DNA of 64,000 nucleotides from an uncultured Bacilli bacterium (GCA_947626275.1 CANQRL010000007.1:2983-66982), one strand, 5' to 3'; positions 1 to 9,362 are shown, counted from the stretch's first letter. Notes: generated by a model from the sequence alone, not told the origin. Numbers and translations: made by a program.

Positions 1-65
1 CTACCCATCTTGGTGTAGCTACATGATCTTTATCTTTTTCTTTGTTTTCTTCGTAAAGTTTAAGG

Positions 66-455
66 TTATCCTTTTGGTTCTTCTTTTGCATTTTTTTCTT
101 CCATCTTTTTTAATTTCTTTTGTAACTTTTCGTTATCATTTAAAGTGGAATCAACTGTTTGCTGTGCGTCTCTAAGTTGTTCATTTAATAACGCATTTTG
201 TTTTTTTAGGTCTCTTTTCTCATCAGCCAATTCTTTGCATTGATTTTGATATTGTAGATATAAATCAAACTTCTCACTTTTTTCTTCAAGCAAAGATATA
301 TATTTTTGTTGTAAATCTTCTAATTCTTGAGTCAATTCAATAGTTTTGTTTTCTACTTGTTCCTTTGCCTTACAAATTTTCTCTTTTTCGTTTTGAAGTT
401 TATCTATTTCATCTAAAAGTTCTCCGTCGCTTTTAAAAAAATTTAAAATTTTCAC
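66..455 (-). CDS. Hypothetical phage coiled-coil protein
   Basis: 129 aa, highly charged heptad-rich sequence (E/K/Q/L), last gene of the phage early operon. Confidence 0.45.
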   Translation of the reverse strand: MKILNFFKSDGELLDEIDKLQNEKEKICKAKEQVENKTIELTQELEDLQQKYISLLEEKSEKFDLYLQYQNQCKELADEKRDLKKQNALLNEQLRDAQQTVDSTLNDNEKLQKKLKKMEEKNAKEEPKG

Positions 456-787
456 TTTGTTTCTCCTTCTCCTAAATCCAACTTTGGATTTCCTAAATGT
501 CTAAAGCCATAGTCACAATCCCTGGCTTTTTCAATCATATTTTTTGCTCTTTTTAAGTAGTCATTCTTTGCCTCTAAAGCTTCTCTATAATCAGTTGTTG
601 CCTTATACCCTTTAGAGTTAGAATGAGTAATATAATAATTCGCTTCCCCATTGGCGAATTTTTTATTGTGTTTTTCTACTTGAAGGCGCCATTCTCTTGA
701 GGAAACATTAATTCCATAATCTCTATGAAGTTCTACGATTATTTCTTTTTGCTTTTTCCATTTTGATAGATCTATGAGATTTACCAT
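452..787 (-). CDS. Hypothetical phage protein
   Basis: 111-aa ORF translationally coupled (4-nt overlap) to the upstream helicase gene. Confidence 0.45.
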   Translation of the reverse strand: MVNLIDLSKWKKQKEIIVELHRDYGINVSSREWRLQVEKHNKKFANGEANYYITHSNSKGYKATTDYREALEAKNDYLKRAKNMIEKARDCDYGFRHLGNPKLDLGEGETK

Positions 788-1995
788 TAAACCACCTTCT
801 CTTCAAATTTTTGTTTAGTTTTATCGTAAGTCGCCCGTATAATTCCTAGTTGTCCATCACGATTTTTAGCAATTTCCAAAAACATGGTAACAACTGGATT
901 GTCTTTAGTTTCGTTTTTATCACGATAAAGCAATATAACTTTGCTCGCGCTGTTTTCTAATTCCCCACTGTCTTTTAGCATTGACAAAGTAATTTCTTCA
1001 CTAGAATAGGCGCTCCTGTTTAACTGACTAGCACCAATTATCGTGCAATCATATTCAAGACATATCTGACGTAATTGCTTTGATATCTCCGTCGTCTGTT
1101 CATAGAGAGATTTTTTGTCGCTTTTTATCAACCCTAAGTGGTCCAAGAAAACAATCGTGTGCTTATTTTTGTTTTTGATTTTTTGGATAACCGTTTTTAT
1201 AGAAGTTATATCTGTTGCCTTATGCTCGATGTAAACATTATTTTTCTCGATTTCGTTTGCAGCTTTATCTATTAGTTCTTTTTGATAAGAACTTGGGTTG
1301 TTAAGACAATTAACAGGAATATCACTTCGAATCGATAGAATTCTTTTGTAAATTGTTGATATGCTCATTTCCATGTTGAAATATACACATTGATAATCTT
1401 CCATCAAACTATTCATCAAATTAAGCATCAATCCTGATTTTCCTACGCCTGTTGTAGCGCCGATTATTAGGAAATCGCCTTGTACTAGTTTTAGTGTGTT
1501 GTTTAACTTCGGATAGTTTTTTATTGGTATTTCTCTCTTATCACTTGTTATATTGGCTAACAATAAATCCTTTGTTAACAACTCCGTATCTTCTACAACT
1601 TTGATGTCATTCAACTTTCCAACCTTATCAATGAACTGCTGATAAGTTATTTTTTTTGATTCCAATTCTTTGTTGAGTTTCAAAATAATATCTTCCTTGT
1701 AAGAATCAAAGATGTTGTTTTGTAAAGCAAAGAATAAAGGTCGATAAGAGGTTGTAATAAGTTGCGTATCGTACAATTCTAAAACATAGTCGATATATTC
1801 GCTATTAACCATTAAATCTTTCGGAACTATTGAACCGTTTTGTTTATAACTGTCAATCATAAGCGATAACAAATTATGATGTTTCTTGTTTGACAGATAG
1901 TGCGGTTTCACTTGTAATACTTCAAACATCTCATTGTGAAGTGCTAATATGGCTAAAAACTCTTTTTCCGTTTCTAGCCTAGAATCGTTCGTCAT
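787..1995 (-). CDS. DnaB-like replicative DNA helicase (phage-encoded)
   Basis: 402 aa; Walker A-like 'LIIGATTGVGKSGLMLNL' and RecA-like C-terminal layout typical of DnaB-family helicases; adjacent to replisome organizer gene. Confidence 0.7.
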   Translation of the reverse strand: MTNDSRLETEKEFLAILALHNEMFEVLQVKPHYLSNKKHHNLLSLMIDSYKQNGSIVPKDLMVNSEYIDYVLELYDTQLITTSYRPLFFALQNNIFDSYKEDIILKLNKELESKKITYQQFIDKVGKLNDIKVVEDTELLTKDLLLANITSDKREIPIKNYPKLNNTLKLVQGDFLIIGATTGVGKSGLMLNLMNSLMEDYQCVYFNMEMSISTIYKRILSIRSDIPVNCLNNPSSYQKELIDKAANEIEKNNVYIEHKATDITSIKTVIQKIKNKNKHTIVFLDHLGLIKSDKKSLYEQTTEISKQLRQICLEYDCTIIGASQLNRSAYSSEEITLSMLKDSGELENSASKVILLYRDKNETKDNPVVTMFLEIAKNRDGQLGIIRATYDKTKQKFEEKVV

Positions 1996-2678
1996 TAAAG
2001 AAATCTCTTCTCTACTTTCGGTTTTACATTTACTTCATCTTCCCAGCCTTTAGCGTTTAGCCATGTTGCTGGATAAGGAATAAATTTACCGTTATCAGAT
2101 TTCCATTGATCCGTTTGCTTTAGAAGTTCAATTTTAGAAACCATTAAATCAACAAGTTCTTCACCAGGATTATTTTTTCGAAACCAAGCCTCTGCGTTTC
2201 CCTTTGACTTTTTCTTAGGATAAGAGATCCAGAACTTGCTAAAAAGTTCTTCATCAAACTTTTCTTTTTTATATTTTTCTTTTATATTTTTATTATTTAC
2301 TTTATTCTCTTTGGTGTTTTCACCTATACCCCTATCGGTATTTTCACCGATACCCTCTAGTTGAAAATAACTATAGGTGTCATGGTTAACTAATAACCAT
2401 CGTTTTTTTATTAATTTCGTTCCATCTTTGTAAATAATTTTAGAAATGATATAACCATCTTTGATAAGTTTGTTTATTATTCTTGAAACTCTATCTTTTG
2501 AAATTCCTAAATGGTTAGCAAAATGTTCGTTATTAGCATGGCATGGCTCTTTTTCATCACTTAGCGATTCAATTTCAACAATTAATAGTTTTTCTACCCA
2601 ACTCAGTTGTCTGTCTAAATAAAGCTTTGCTGGTATAAATACGCCAATAAAATTTCTGTCATCCATCTTACTCACCAA
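1995..2678 (-). CDS. Phage replisome organizer / DnaD-like replication initiation protein
   Basis: 227 aa; N-terminal winged-helix-like region (…HLGISKDRVSRIINKLIKDGYI…) followed by repeated 'DRGIGENT' motifs; position immediately upstream of the helicase gene. Confidence 0.5.
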   Translation of the reverse strand: MVSKMDDRNFIGVFIPAKLYLDRQLSWVEKLLIVEIESLSDEKEPCHANNEHFANHLGISKDRVSRIINKLIKDGYIISKIIYKDGTKLIKKRWLLVNHDTYSYFQLEGIGENTDRGIGENTKENKVNNKNIKEKYKKEKFDEELFSKFWISYPKKKSKGNAEAWFRKNNPGEELVDLMVSKIELLKQTDQWKSDNGKFIPYPATWLNAKGWEDEVNVKPKVEKRFL

Positions 2679-2946
2679 TTTTTTCTTCTGGTACTAATAA
2701 ATTACCTTGCCATACATAATTCTCTAGTTGCATTGCTTCCCCGAATGTAATATCCGTATGAGTTAAATCTATAATGTTTCTTTCCATCTTTTTCAACTCC
2801 TTTTCAATCAAAAAATCTTCGTAAAAATCCCGGTCATCCTCTTTGATTTCCTTAGGTTCTAGATAGTCGTCATATTCTGCATAAGTAAAATCAATCATCG
2901 AGCAAATATCCAATCTTGACTTTAATATCCATGCTTGTAGAAACAT
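2668..2946 (-). CDS. Hypothetical small acidic phage protein
   Basis: 92-aa ORF in the early operon between Cro-like gene and replisome organizer. Confidence 0.35.
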   Translation of the reverse strand: MFLQAWILKSRLDICSMIDFTYAEYDDYLEPKEIKEDDRDFYEDFLIEKELKKMERNIIDLTHTDITFGEAMQLENYVWQGNLLVPEEKIGE

Positions 2947-3145
2947 TCAGCGCCTTGCATACATTCTCAAATTGTTTTGGTTTTATCTTGTTCAATCCAA
3001 GTTCCCAATGATCTAACAATGGACGAGAATATCCGGTTTTTTCGGACAATTCTTCTAAAGTCATATTTCGGAATTTCCTTATTCGTCGTAGGTATTCTCC
3101 CACTTTCCTATAGAACTGACTATCTATTGTTCTAATTGTTTGCAA
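2891..3145 (-). CDS. XRE-family HTH regulator (Cro-like)
   Basis: 84 aa; HTH_3-like segment 'MTLEELSEKTGYSRPLLDHWELG'; first gene of the leftward operon, divergent from cI-like gene. Confidence 0.6.
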   Translation of the reverse strand: MQTIRTIDSQFYRKVGEYLRRIRKFRNMTLEELSEKTGYSRPLLDHWELGLNKIKPKQFENVCKALNVSTSMDIKVKIGYLLDD

Positions 3146-3204
3146 ATTCTACTCCTTTCTACCGAATTTAGAGCATAATAAAAACACCTACGAATAGTCT
3201 TTTT

Positions 3205-3233
3205 ATTGACATTTCAAGGTGTCCGTAGTACAA
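3205..3233 (+). promoter_or_regulatory. Near-consensus sigma-A-type promoter TTGACA-17-TACAAT firing rightward into ORF-poor region
   Basis: Sequence 'ttgacatttcaaggtgtccgtagtacaat' read directly; exact 17-bp spacer. Confidence 0.4.
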
Positions 3234-3352
3234 TTTAAGTACTACGATTCATTGGTGTTTTTATCGCACTAGTGATAAGTGGTAAGAAATGTGTAGCACT
3301 TCCTAAACCGAAAGGAATAGAAAGTGGGCGAGCAATGCTCCTACATATTCTG

Positions 3353-3525
3353 GAGTTAATATTTGCAAACAACATTGAAATAAAAATAGGTGACATTTCA
3401 CTTATCAAAGTAAATGTTAGGAGCAAATAGTTTCTCCATTTAATTGAGAGATTATTCAAAAACGAGATTAGCATTAAGCTAGGCGATATTTCGCTTATCA
3501 AAATTGTTAATAATCGCCGAGAATA
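3353..3525. repeat. Two diverged ~85-bp tandem direct repeats sharing a 21-bp core GGYGAYATTTCRCTTATCAAA
   Basis: Copies centred at ~3399-3420 and ~3482-3505, both ending with '...ATARTTTCTC'; located in the cro-cI intergenic region. Confidence 0.5.
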
Positions 3526-4011
3526 ATTTCTCTATGTTACGGGTTAAGTTCAGTCGTCGAAAAATTGGAACTTAACTCTCTTATTTTGCCTACAACTCAT
3601 TTGAGTTTTAGGGTGTAGCACTAATCTATTTCTTTTGAAGGGATAGATTGGAGGTGGTATCGTTGGATATCACTCTACACTTTGAGGGATTACTCGATTG
3701 TATTATCACTGTTTTTATTATCTACTCGTTAATAAGAACATATAATACGAGAGATTAATTCCTCTTTTTTTGTTGCTTGATTTGTGTACATCTTCCACAC
3801 ATATCACGGTAACAGGCATTCGTGTATCTCTGTTACTGTATTAATGATATCAAATATTTTTTGAACTGTCAACCGCGAATTACATTTTTTTTCGATTTAT
3901 TATTTTCAAATCCAAAATTTTACGATTTTATTACATAAATGTCAATACTTTTTGTTGCCTTTATGGTATAATTTATATATACGTAGTATATATAAAAAAT
4001 TAAAAAAGGAT

Positions 4012-4353
4012 GTGATTCATCTGTTTGGAGATAGATTAAAAGACTTGCGCAAAGAAAAAGGTGTAACTCAACCAGAATTAGCTAGTTTGTTTAACGTAAC
4101 GACATCGACAGTATCAGCGTGGGAAGTTGGAAAAGCACAACCTAATTATGATATTTTAATAGGTCTAGCAGACTACTTTAATGTCACGACTGACTATCTT
4201 CTTGGACTAAACCAGGATGATCATGCGAAAATCGAGAAATTAAGAAGTGCATGCCAAGAAGCAGGACTAATGGCTGGGCAAGATTTTACTTTAGAAGAAT
4301 TTGAAAAAGCGATGTTGGTCGTAGAAACATTGAGGGATAAAAAGAATGGCTAG
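4012..4353 (+). CDS. XRE-family HTH repressor (cI-like)
   Basis: 'FGDRLKDLRKEKGVTQPELASLFNVTTSTVSAWEVGKAQPNYDILIGLADYF' is a canonical HTH_3 repressor N-terminus. The ORF track starts at a TTG at 3952, but an extended -10 (TGgTATAAT, 3964-3972) lies inside that extension, so the true start is downstream (GTG 4012, or CTG 4021 preceding FGDRLK); the start is uncertain. Confidence 0.65.
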   Translation: MIHLFGDRLKDLRKEKGVTQPELASLFNVTTSTVSAWEVGKAQPNYDILIGLADYFNVTTDYLLGLNQDDHAKIEKLRSACQEAGLMAGQDFTLEEFEKAMLVVETLRDKKNG

Positions 4354-4705
4354 GAAACGAAAATTAGTCTATTTAAAAAGACACTATTGATTAGTGCCTT
4401 TTTTTATTGCCAAATATTCCATAAACATATCGTACAATTCTTCGTTCCGCAGTATTGTGTATAATTCAATTATATCCGTCATACTAGCGGTCTCCAGCAT
4501 TGATTTACAGCATACAACAAACAACTAACTCTTATCTTACACACAATCCCACTTTCCTTTCTTTTTTTGCAATTATTGAAAAAATTGTACTGATTTTGTA
4601 CTTAAATTTATTATATAATTATTTTAGAAAAAAGTAAACAGATGTTCGTATAATTTGACAAAAAAAGAAAATGCGTGTATCATACGCGTTTCGGAAAGGA
4701 GAAAT

Positions 4706-5965
4706 ATGCCGGTATATGTAGAAATGGTCAAGGATAAAAAAACAAGAAAACCAATCGAAAAAACGATAAATGGTCACAAACAGTATTATGTTAGAACCTA
4801 TATAACAGACGAATCAGGAAATCGCAAACAAATTACAAGACATAATAAAGAGTGGATTGGTACCGATGGTAAAAGAGCAGCTATAGCAGAAGATATACGA
4901 CTACAAAAAGAGTACAAAGTAGAAAAAAAGAAGACTATAACTTTACGCAACCTAAAAGAGCTTTATTTAGAATCTCTGTGTGGAAAAGTAGATATAGATA
5001 CTATAGAAGCAAAAAAAAGATTATTGAAACATTTCTGCGATATTGATTTAACTGGTCAAGTAAAAACTTTCCCTGATAAAGAAATTCGAAATTTCACTCG
5101 AAATGATATTTTAAAATGGCAACAACAAATGGTAAATAAAAAATATAAAGTAGGAAAAAGCATTACAAATAATTTGTCTATTAAATATCTCAATAAAATT
5201 TATGGGGAAATAAACCGTATGATTAAATTTGCAATTATAGAAGGATATTGTGAACAAAATTTTGTTGAACAATGTGGAAAGTTTGGATCACCAAAAGAAA
5301 TAAAATTGTCAAACAGTAGCCATGTCTATGAAACAATAAACTATGAAGAATTCTTAAAATTAAAAAATGCAAGTGAATCCAACTTAAAATATAATACTTT
5401 TTTTATATTAGAATTTAGCAGAGGCTTGCGAATTGGAGAAATACGAGCGCTTAGAATTGAAGACTACAATAGTGAAAAAAAACAATTGATGGTAAATCAT
5501 ACAATGTCAAAAAAGAACATTTTAAAAGAGCCAAAAACAGCATCATCAAAAGCTCCAGTTGATTTAAATGAGGAATTGAATTTAAAAATTACTAAATTGA
5601 TTAATTATTGGAAAGAGCAAGATGGTTTTAATGAAAAATGGTATATTTTTAATGGAGAACATCCAATTTCTGAAAATGCTTTAAGATGTGCCAAAGATAA
5701 ATATTTTAAACTTGCTAACATACAAAAGCATATTCGCATACACGATTTTAGGCATTCCTGTGCGACATGGTTAAATTCAATTAATATCCCAATTACAGTT
5801 ATTTCGAAAATCTTAAGGCACGCCAGCGTAAATGAAACACTAAAAACTTACACCCACCTATTCAAGGAAGATTATGCAAATTGTATGAAAAAAATAGACA
5901 ATTATCAAAGCAATTATTCAGTAAAACAAGACCAAAAACAAGACCAAAACTTTTTGAAATATTAA
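4706..5965 (+). CDS. int: Tyrosine site-specific integrase (phage integrase family)
   Basis: C-terminal catalytic region 'HDFRHSCATWL…ISKILRHASVNETLKTYTHL' (R…HxxR…Y); RBS AAAGGAG 5 nt upstream of ATG 4706; ends 36 bp from tRNA-Leu. Confidence 0.85.
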   Translation: MPVYVEMVKDKKTRKPIEKTINGHKQYYVRTYITDESGNRKQITRHNKEWIGTDGKRAAIAEDIRLQKEYKVEKKKTITLRNLKELYLESLCGKVDIDTIEAKKRLLKHFCDIDLTGQVKTFPDKEIRNFTRNDILKWQQQMVNKKYKVGKSITNNLSIKYLNKIYGEINRMIKFAIIEGYCEQNFVEQCGKFGSPKEIKLSNSSHVYETINYEEFLKLKNASESNLKYNTFFILEFSRGLRIGEIRALRIEDYNSEKKQLMVNHTMSKKNILKEPKTASSKAPVDLNEELNLKITKLINYWKEQDGFNEKWYIFNGEHPISENALRCAKDKYFKLANIQKHIRIHDFRHSCATWLNSINIPITVISKILRHASVNETLKTYTHLFKEDYANCMKKIDNYQSNYSVKQDQKQDQNFLKY

Positions 5966-5969
5966 AAAA

Positions 5970-5988
5970 TCCCTTTAAAATAAAGGGA
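5970..5988. terminator. Bidirectional hairpin terminator between int and tRNA-Leu
   Basis: Inverted repeat 'tcccttta-aaa-taaaggga' flanked by A/T runs. Confidence 0.5.
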
Positions 5989-6000
5989 TAATCATCATGA

Positions 6001-6084
6001 TGGTGCGAGAAAGGAGATTTGAACTCCCACAGCATAAGCCACTACCACCTCAAAGTAGCGCGTCTACCATTCCGCCATCCTCGC
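6001..6084 (-). tRNA. tRNA-Leu (anticodon GAG), type II with long variable arm
   Basis: Reverse complement GCGAGGATGGCGGAATGGTAGACGCGCTACTTTGAGGTGGTAGTGGCTTATGCTGTGGGAGTTCAAATCTCCTTTCTCGCACCA folds as a cloverleaf: 7-bp acceptor stem, anticodon loop TTGAGGT, canonical T-loop TTCAAAT, encoded CCA. The minus-strand promoter (TTACTA-16-TATAAT) lies just upstream at 6091-6118. Confidence 0.8.
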
Positions 6085-6143
6085 AAAAGACATTTACATT
6101 ATACAATATTTTTTCAAAATAGTAAATGTTTGTAACACCAAAA

Positions 6144-6162
6144 AAGCAAGTTAATCTTGCTT
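6144..6162. terminator. Hairpin terminator (aagcaag-ttaat-cttgctt) downstream of the 603-aa gene
   Basis: Perfect 7-bp stem flanked by an A-run and a T-run. Confidence 0.5.
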
Positions 6163-6168
6163 TTTGAA

Positions 6169-7980
6169 TTATTCTTTTATCTCTTCTTCTGATTCGCTAG
6201 AAGAAGGTTCATCTTCCTCTTTTTTTGTCTCTTCATCCATACTTGGTGGTTCTACTGGATTAGGTAAATCCCCTATTGACGGATTAGTTGTTATCTGAGA
6301 CTTTTCATAAAAGATAGTAGCATCCTCTATAGAAATTGTAAATTCAGCATTTACATTTCCACCCTCATCTTCCGTAGTCGTAATAAGGGCATCTTCTATG
6401 CCAAAGGCTTTATATAATTCTTTAGCAAATGCTTCTAAAGTATCTTTATTCTCTTTTGCAGTAGATAATTTTATCTGAAGATTATTTGGTTCAGTACTTA
6501 AACTATAAGTAGCCGTAATCATCTCCGGCATAGATAGTGGAATAATCGTTACAAAGGTTGAAACTCCAGTTCCTCCTGCTGAATAGATATGTAAAACAAT
6601 TCGTTCTGTTTTCTCTGTTTCTACATTATAATTTTCCACTAAAAAGTAATAATTGAATGCTTCACTAATGCTATTTTGCCTATTTTTAACCACTGCCCCT
6701 AAAATGTTTAAATTTACTGGTTTGCTTGTTCCTGTCAAAATAGAAATCATATCTTCACTCAAGCAAGAGCCACCACAATATGTTTTGACTTCTTCAATAT
6801 AAGAATTTGTCATATTTCCCCTACTGTCAAACTTTACTTCAATGATTTCTTCTTTTTCCTCTGGTTTTTTGATTTCTTCTAACAATTTAGAAATGTCAAT
6901 TCTAACAAAATTAGAGTTCATACTGTCGACATATTTGGATAATCCAGGAATATTTTCTTCATTACCAATAATGTAAGCGACAAAGTTTCTCTTTGATAAG
7001 TAATCACTAACAATCGCAACATCATTTGGAAAAAGGTAACTAATGTAGTTGCTTAGAATATTTTGAATAGTAGACTCATCCTTTGATGTGATATTAAAAT
7101 ACATGTATTGATTGATATCTTGTGTATACGTCATGGCATAAGCTATAAAACTATCCTGTATGTGAAAAATATAGTATAATGGGTCACTCGTTGTATCAAT
7201 AACAATTCCATCTCTAATGGTTTTATAGCTATCAATATTGGCAGAATTTGCTTCTTTAAATTTTTCAATATATTTTAAAATTGCATTTCTCATTAGAACC
7301 ACATACTGACTATTATACTTTCCTTCGACATAACTAGGGATATAGGATTTCTCTAATAAATGTTTTAAATCATCGTAAATAGAAGAGGTGTTTTTCATAA
7401 CTTTTAAATCCGTTGTAGCTTGCAAATGATTGTCTAAATATTCTTGTTCATCATATTCCCGTAAACCACTCATATAGGTAAAACTAGCAATATCCCCTTC
7501 GACCATTTGTGTAATAGAAACAGGAATTTGAATTTTATCCCCAACTACCCTTTTTGGAACATCACAAGTTAGAACAACATTGAGAGTAGCAGCGCCTTTT
7601 CCTACATAAGTTACTTGATTTTTATCTATCAATCCAGCAGAGCCTGATTCAAGATTTTCCTTCATGCTCGTTAAAGAGCATCCATCCGGAATATTCACTG
7701 TATAGGTTTCTTTCTCTAATTCCCGAATAACATCATTTCTAGGAAAAGAAAAGGTAACACTAATTTTTTCATAAGTAGAAGGAGATGTAAGCGCCATAGA
7801 CTCGCTAAAACCACCTTTTTGTAATTGTAAAAAGACACTATTATAACTTAATCTTCCATCTTTATAATATTTAGAAAAAGAAAGAGGCACAGTACTAAAA
7901 TGGATTGATAATAAAGTGATAATTGTAAATATCATCGTGATGATTACTGGTTTTTTTCTTTCTAATTTTCTTAGTATCAT
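6169..7980 (-). CDS. Large secreted/membrane-anchored protein with SipW-cognate-like N-terminal signal and acidic C-terminus
   Basis: 603 aa; N-terminal TM helix followed by 'PLSFSKYYK', which resembles the G-T-aromatic-A-x-aromatic motif of TasA/camelysin signal peptides; C-terminal E/S-rich tail; last gene of the SipW cluster. Confidence 0.55.
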   Translation of the reverse strand: MILRKLERKKPVIITMIFTIITLLSIHFSTVPLSFSKYYKDGRLSYNSVFLQLQKGGFSESMALTSPSTYEKISVTFSFPRNDVIRELEKETYTVNIPDGCSLTSMKENLESGSAGLIDKNQVTYVGKGAATLNVVLTCDVPKRVVGDKIQIPVSITQMVEGDIASFTYMSGLREYDEQEYLDNHLQATTDLKVMKNTSSIYDDLKHLLEKSYIPSYVEGKYNSQYVVLMRNAILKYIEKFKEANSANIDSYKTIRDGIVIDTTSDPLYYIFHIQDSFIAYAMTYTQDINQYMYFNITSKDESTIQNILSNYISYLFPNDVAIVSDYLSKRNFVAYIIGNEENIPGLSKYVDSMNSNFVRIDISKLLEEIKKPEEKEEIIEVKFDSRGNMTNSYIEEVKTYCGGSCLSEDMISILTGTSKPVNLNILGAVVKNRQNSISEAFNYYFLVENYNVETEKTERIVLHIYSAGGTGVSTFVTIIPLSMPEMITATYSLSTEPNNLQIKLSTAKENKDTLEAFAKELYKAFGIEDALITTTEDEGGNVNAEFTISIEDATIFYEKSQITTNPSIGDLPNPVEPPSMDEETKKEEDEPSSSESEEEIKE

Positions 7981-7997
7981 GCTCTCACTTCCTTTCT

Positions 7998-8591
7998 TTA
8001 AGCTTTTTGTTGAATGGCAGAATAATCTAACTGAACAATCGGTCTATTCTCATCATATGGATAAGAGGACGCATAATCTGATCCATTATATTTTAAAACA
8101 ATTTTATAAATCTTTTTGGTATTTCCACCAGGTCCAAAATTATCAATTCCTTCTTTTACTGTTTTCACATAATTAAGGCCCGTACTACCAGAATTATTTT
8201 CTAGTAAAATCGTCCGCTCTTCTAAAGTAGTAGGATCAATTTCCGTAATCTCATTTTTTACTATTTCAAAATTAGAGTTAATCGTAAAAGTTAGATAAAC
8301 TTTAGTAATTACCTCCAATCCAGTTGCGTCTACGGTAAAATAATACTCTATCTCATCCGTTAAACGGTAAGTATCGTAATTGCAGTATTTTGTTACCACA
8401 TTACTACATTTATCATCACGAATATCAATCGCAAACTTAGCAACACGAGCAGTATCTGACTCCCCATGTAGAGTTGTCATATATTTAGAATAGGTTATTA
8501 CTGTCGTAAGTAGACCTATTACACCAATATACATCAATATCCATTTTGTTAAATTCTTTTTAAATCTCTTACTATGTAATAATCCTTTCAT
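7998..8591 (-). CDS. TasA/camelysin-like small secreted protein (paralog 2)
   Basis: 197 aa; signal anchor then 'TVITYSKYMTTLHGESDTARVAKFAID', which parallels 'SGTYAKYTSNETVTDTAKVAKWSF' of the 12155-12781 protein; immediately downstream of a SipW-type peptidase gene. Confidence 0.45.
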   Translation of the reverse strand: MKGLLHSKRFKKNLTKWILMYIGVIGLLTTVITYSKYMTTLHGESDTARVAKFAIDIRDDKCSNVVTKYCNYDTYRLTDEIEYYFTVDATGLEVITKVYLTFTINSNFEIVKNEITEIDPTTLEERTILLENNSGSTGLNYVKTVKEGIDNFGPGGNTKKIYKIVLKYNGSDYASSYPYDENRPIVQLDYSAIQQKA

Positions 8592-8601
8592 CCTTAATCA
8601 C

Positions 8602-9360
8602 CTATGCTTTTTTCTTAGGAGTTGTCTTCCTCGTCTGTTTTTTCTTCGTTGGCATTTTCTTTGCTTGGTTTTTTTCTTTTGACATATCTTCTTTTTTGAC
8701 TGATTTCTTTTTTGTAACGTCTTTTTTTGTAGTAGCCTTTTCTTTTGGTTCTGCTAATTTCTTTTTCGATGTTTTTTCCTCTGTTTCTGGTAAAGAAGCT
8801 TCTTTTTCTTTCTTACTTTTATAAGCCAGAAATTCTTGATATTCTTTTTCTTCTTCCTCTAAGATAGGATTTCCATCCTTATCGGTACTCACTAAGAAAC
8901 ATACTAAAATGCCAATTATTAATATCATAACCGTCACAAATGGTTTTTGTAAGCTAGATACAATAATTCCTAAACTATTTAATCGCATAACATACTTTCC
9001 TACAATATTCTCAGTAGGTAAAGAAGTATCCTCTGTATTGTTATTGTCCCCTTTTGTAATCATCGAATCCCCATCGATAGATACAATTCTATGAGTTACA
9101 AAAGAACCATTCATATCATAAAATGTTACAATATCATCTTTTTGATAATTCTTTTCTTTCGTATCAATAATGACATAATCCCCTATTTTAATAGTTGGCT
9201 CCATGGAACCAGAAACTACTTCTAATACAGCATAGCCATTGATGGTTGCAAGATCCTTCTTCAGTACCTTAATTTGAACAAAATTATAAATATTAAAAAG
9301 GAAAACAAGAAGAAGGAGAATAGTGACAATAACAAATATCGCTTTCTTAACTGTTTTCAT
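8602..9360 (-). CDS. sipW: Signal peptidase I, SipW-type (ER/archaeal-type S26), with long Lys-rich C-terminal tail
   Basis: 252 aa; N-terminal TM helix, catalytic 'VVSGSMEPTIKIGDYVIID', 'VTHRIVS' (His) and 'KGDNNN' boxes of Ser/His-type S26 peptidases; then a second TM segment and an ~85-aa K/E-rich tail. Confidence 0.7.
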   Translation of the reverse strand: MKTVKKAIFVIVTILLLLVFLFNIYNFVQIKVLKKDLATINGYAVLEVVSGSMEPTIKIGDYVIIDTKEKNYQKDDIVTFYDMNGSFVTHRIVSIDGDSMITKGDNNNTEDTSLPTENIVGKYVMRLNSLGIIVSSLQKPFVTVMILIIGILVCFLVSTDKDGNPILEEEEKEYQEFLAYKSKKEKEASLPETEEKTSKKKLAEPKEKATTKKDVTKKKSVKKEDMSKEKNQAKKMPTKKKQTRKTTPKKKA

Positions 9361-9362
9361 TT

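Larger units (their letters stand above)
1..5999. mobile_element. Prophage right arm (partial; continues beyond the window start), ending at a tRNA-Leu attachment site
   Basis: Contiguous minus-strand early operon (Cro-like HTH, replisome organizer, DnaB-like helicase, small phage ORFs), divergent cI-like HTH, and a tyrosine integrase whose 3' end lies 36 bp from the 3' end of tRNA-Leu; classic lysogeny module layout. Confidence 0.6.

Noticed and set aside
3235-3501. 88-aa minus-strand ORF in the phage cro-cI intergenic region
   Set aside because: It lies entirely over the tandem 85-bp repeats. Its internal repetition (LISEISPSLMLIS / LISEMSPIFISML) is a translation artefact of the DNA repeats, and it has no RBS and hydrophobic junk composition.
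3540-3700. Hairpin-rich segment checked for a tRNA or tmRNA
   Set aside because: No acceptor stem with CCA, no anticodon or T-loop consensus; only simple inverted repeats (gttaagttc…gaacttaac; aatctat…atagatt).
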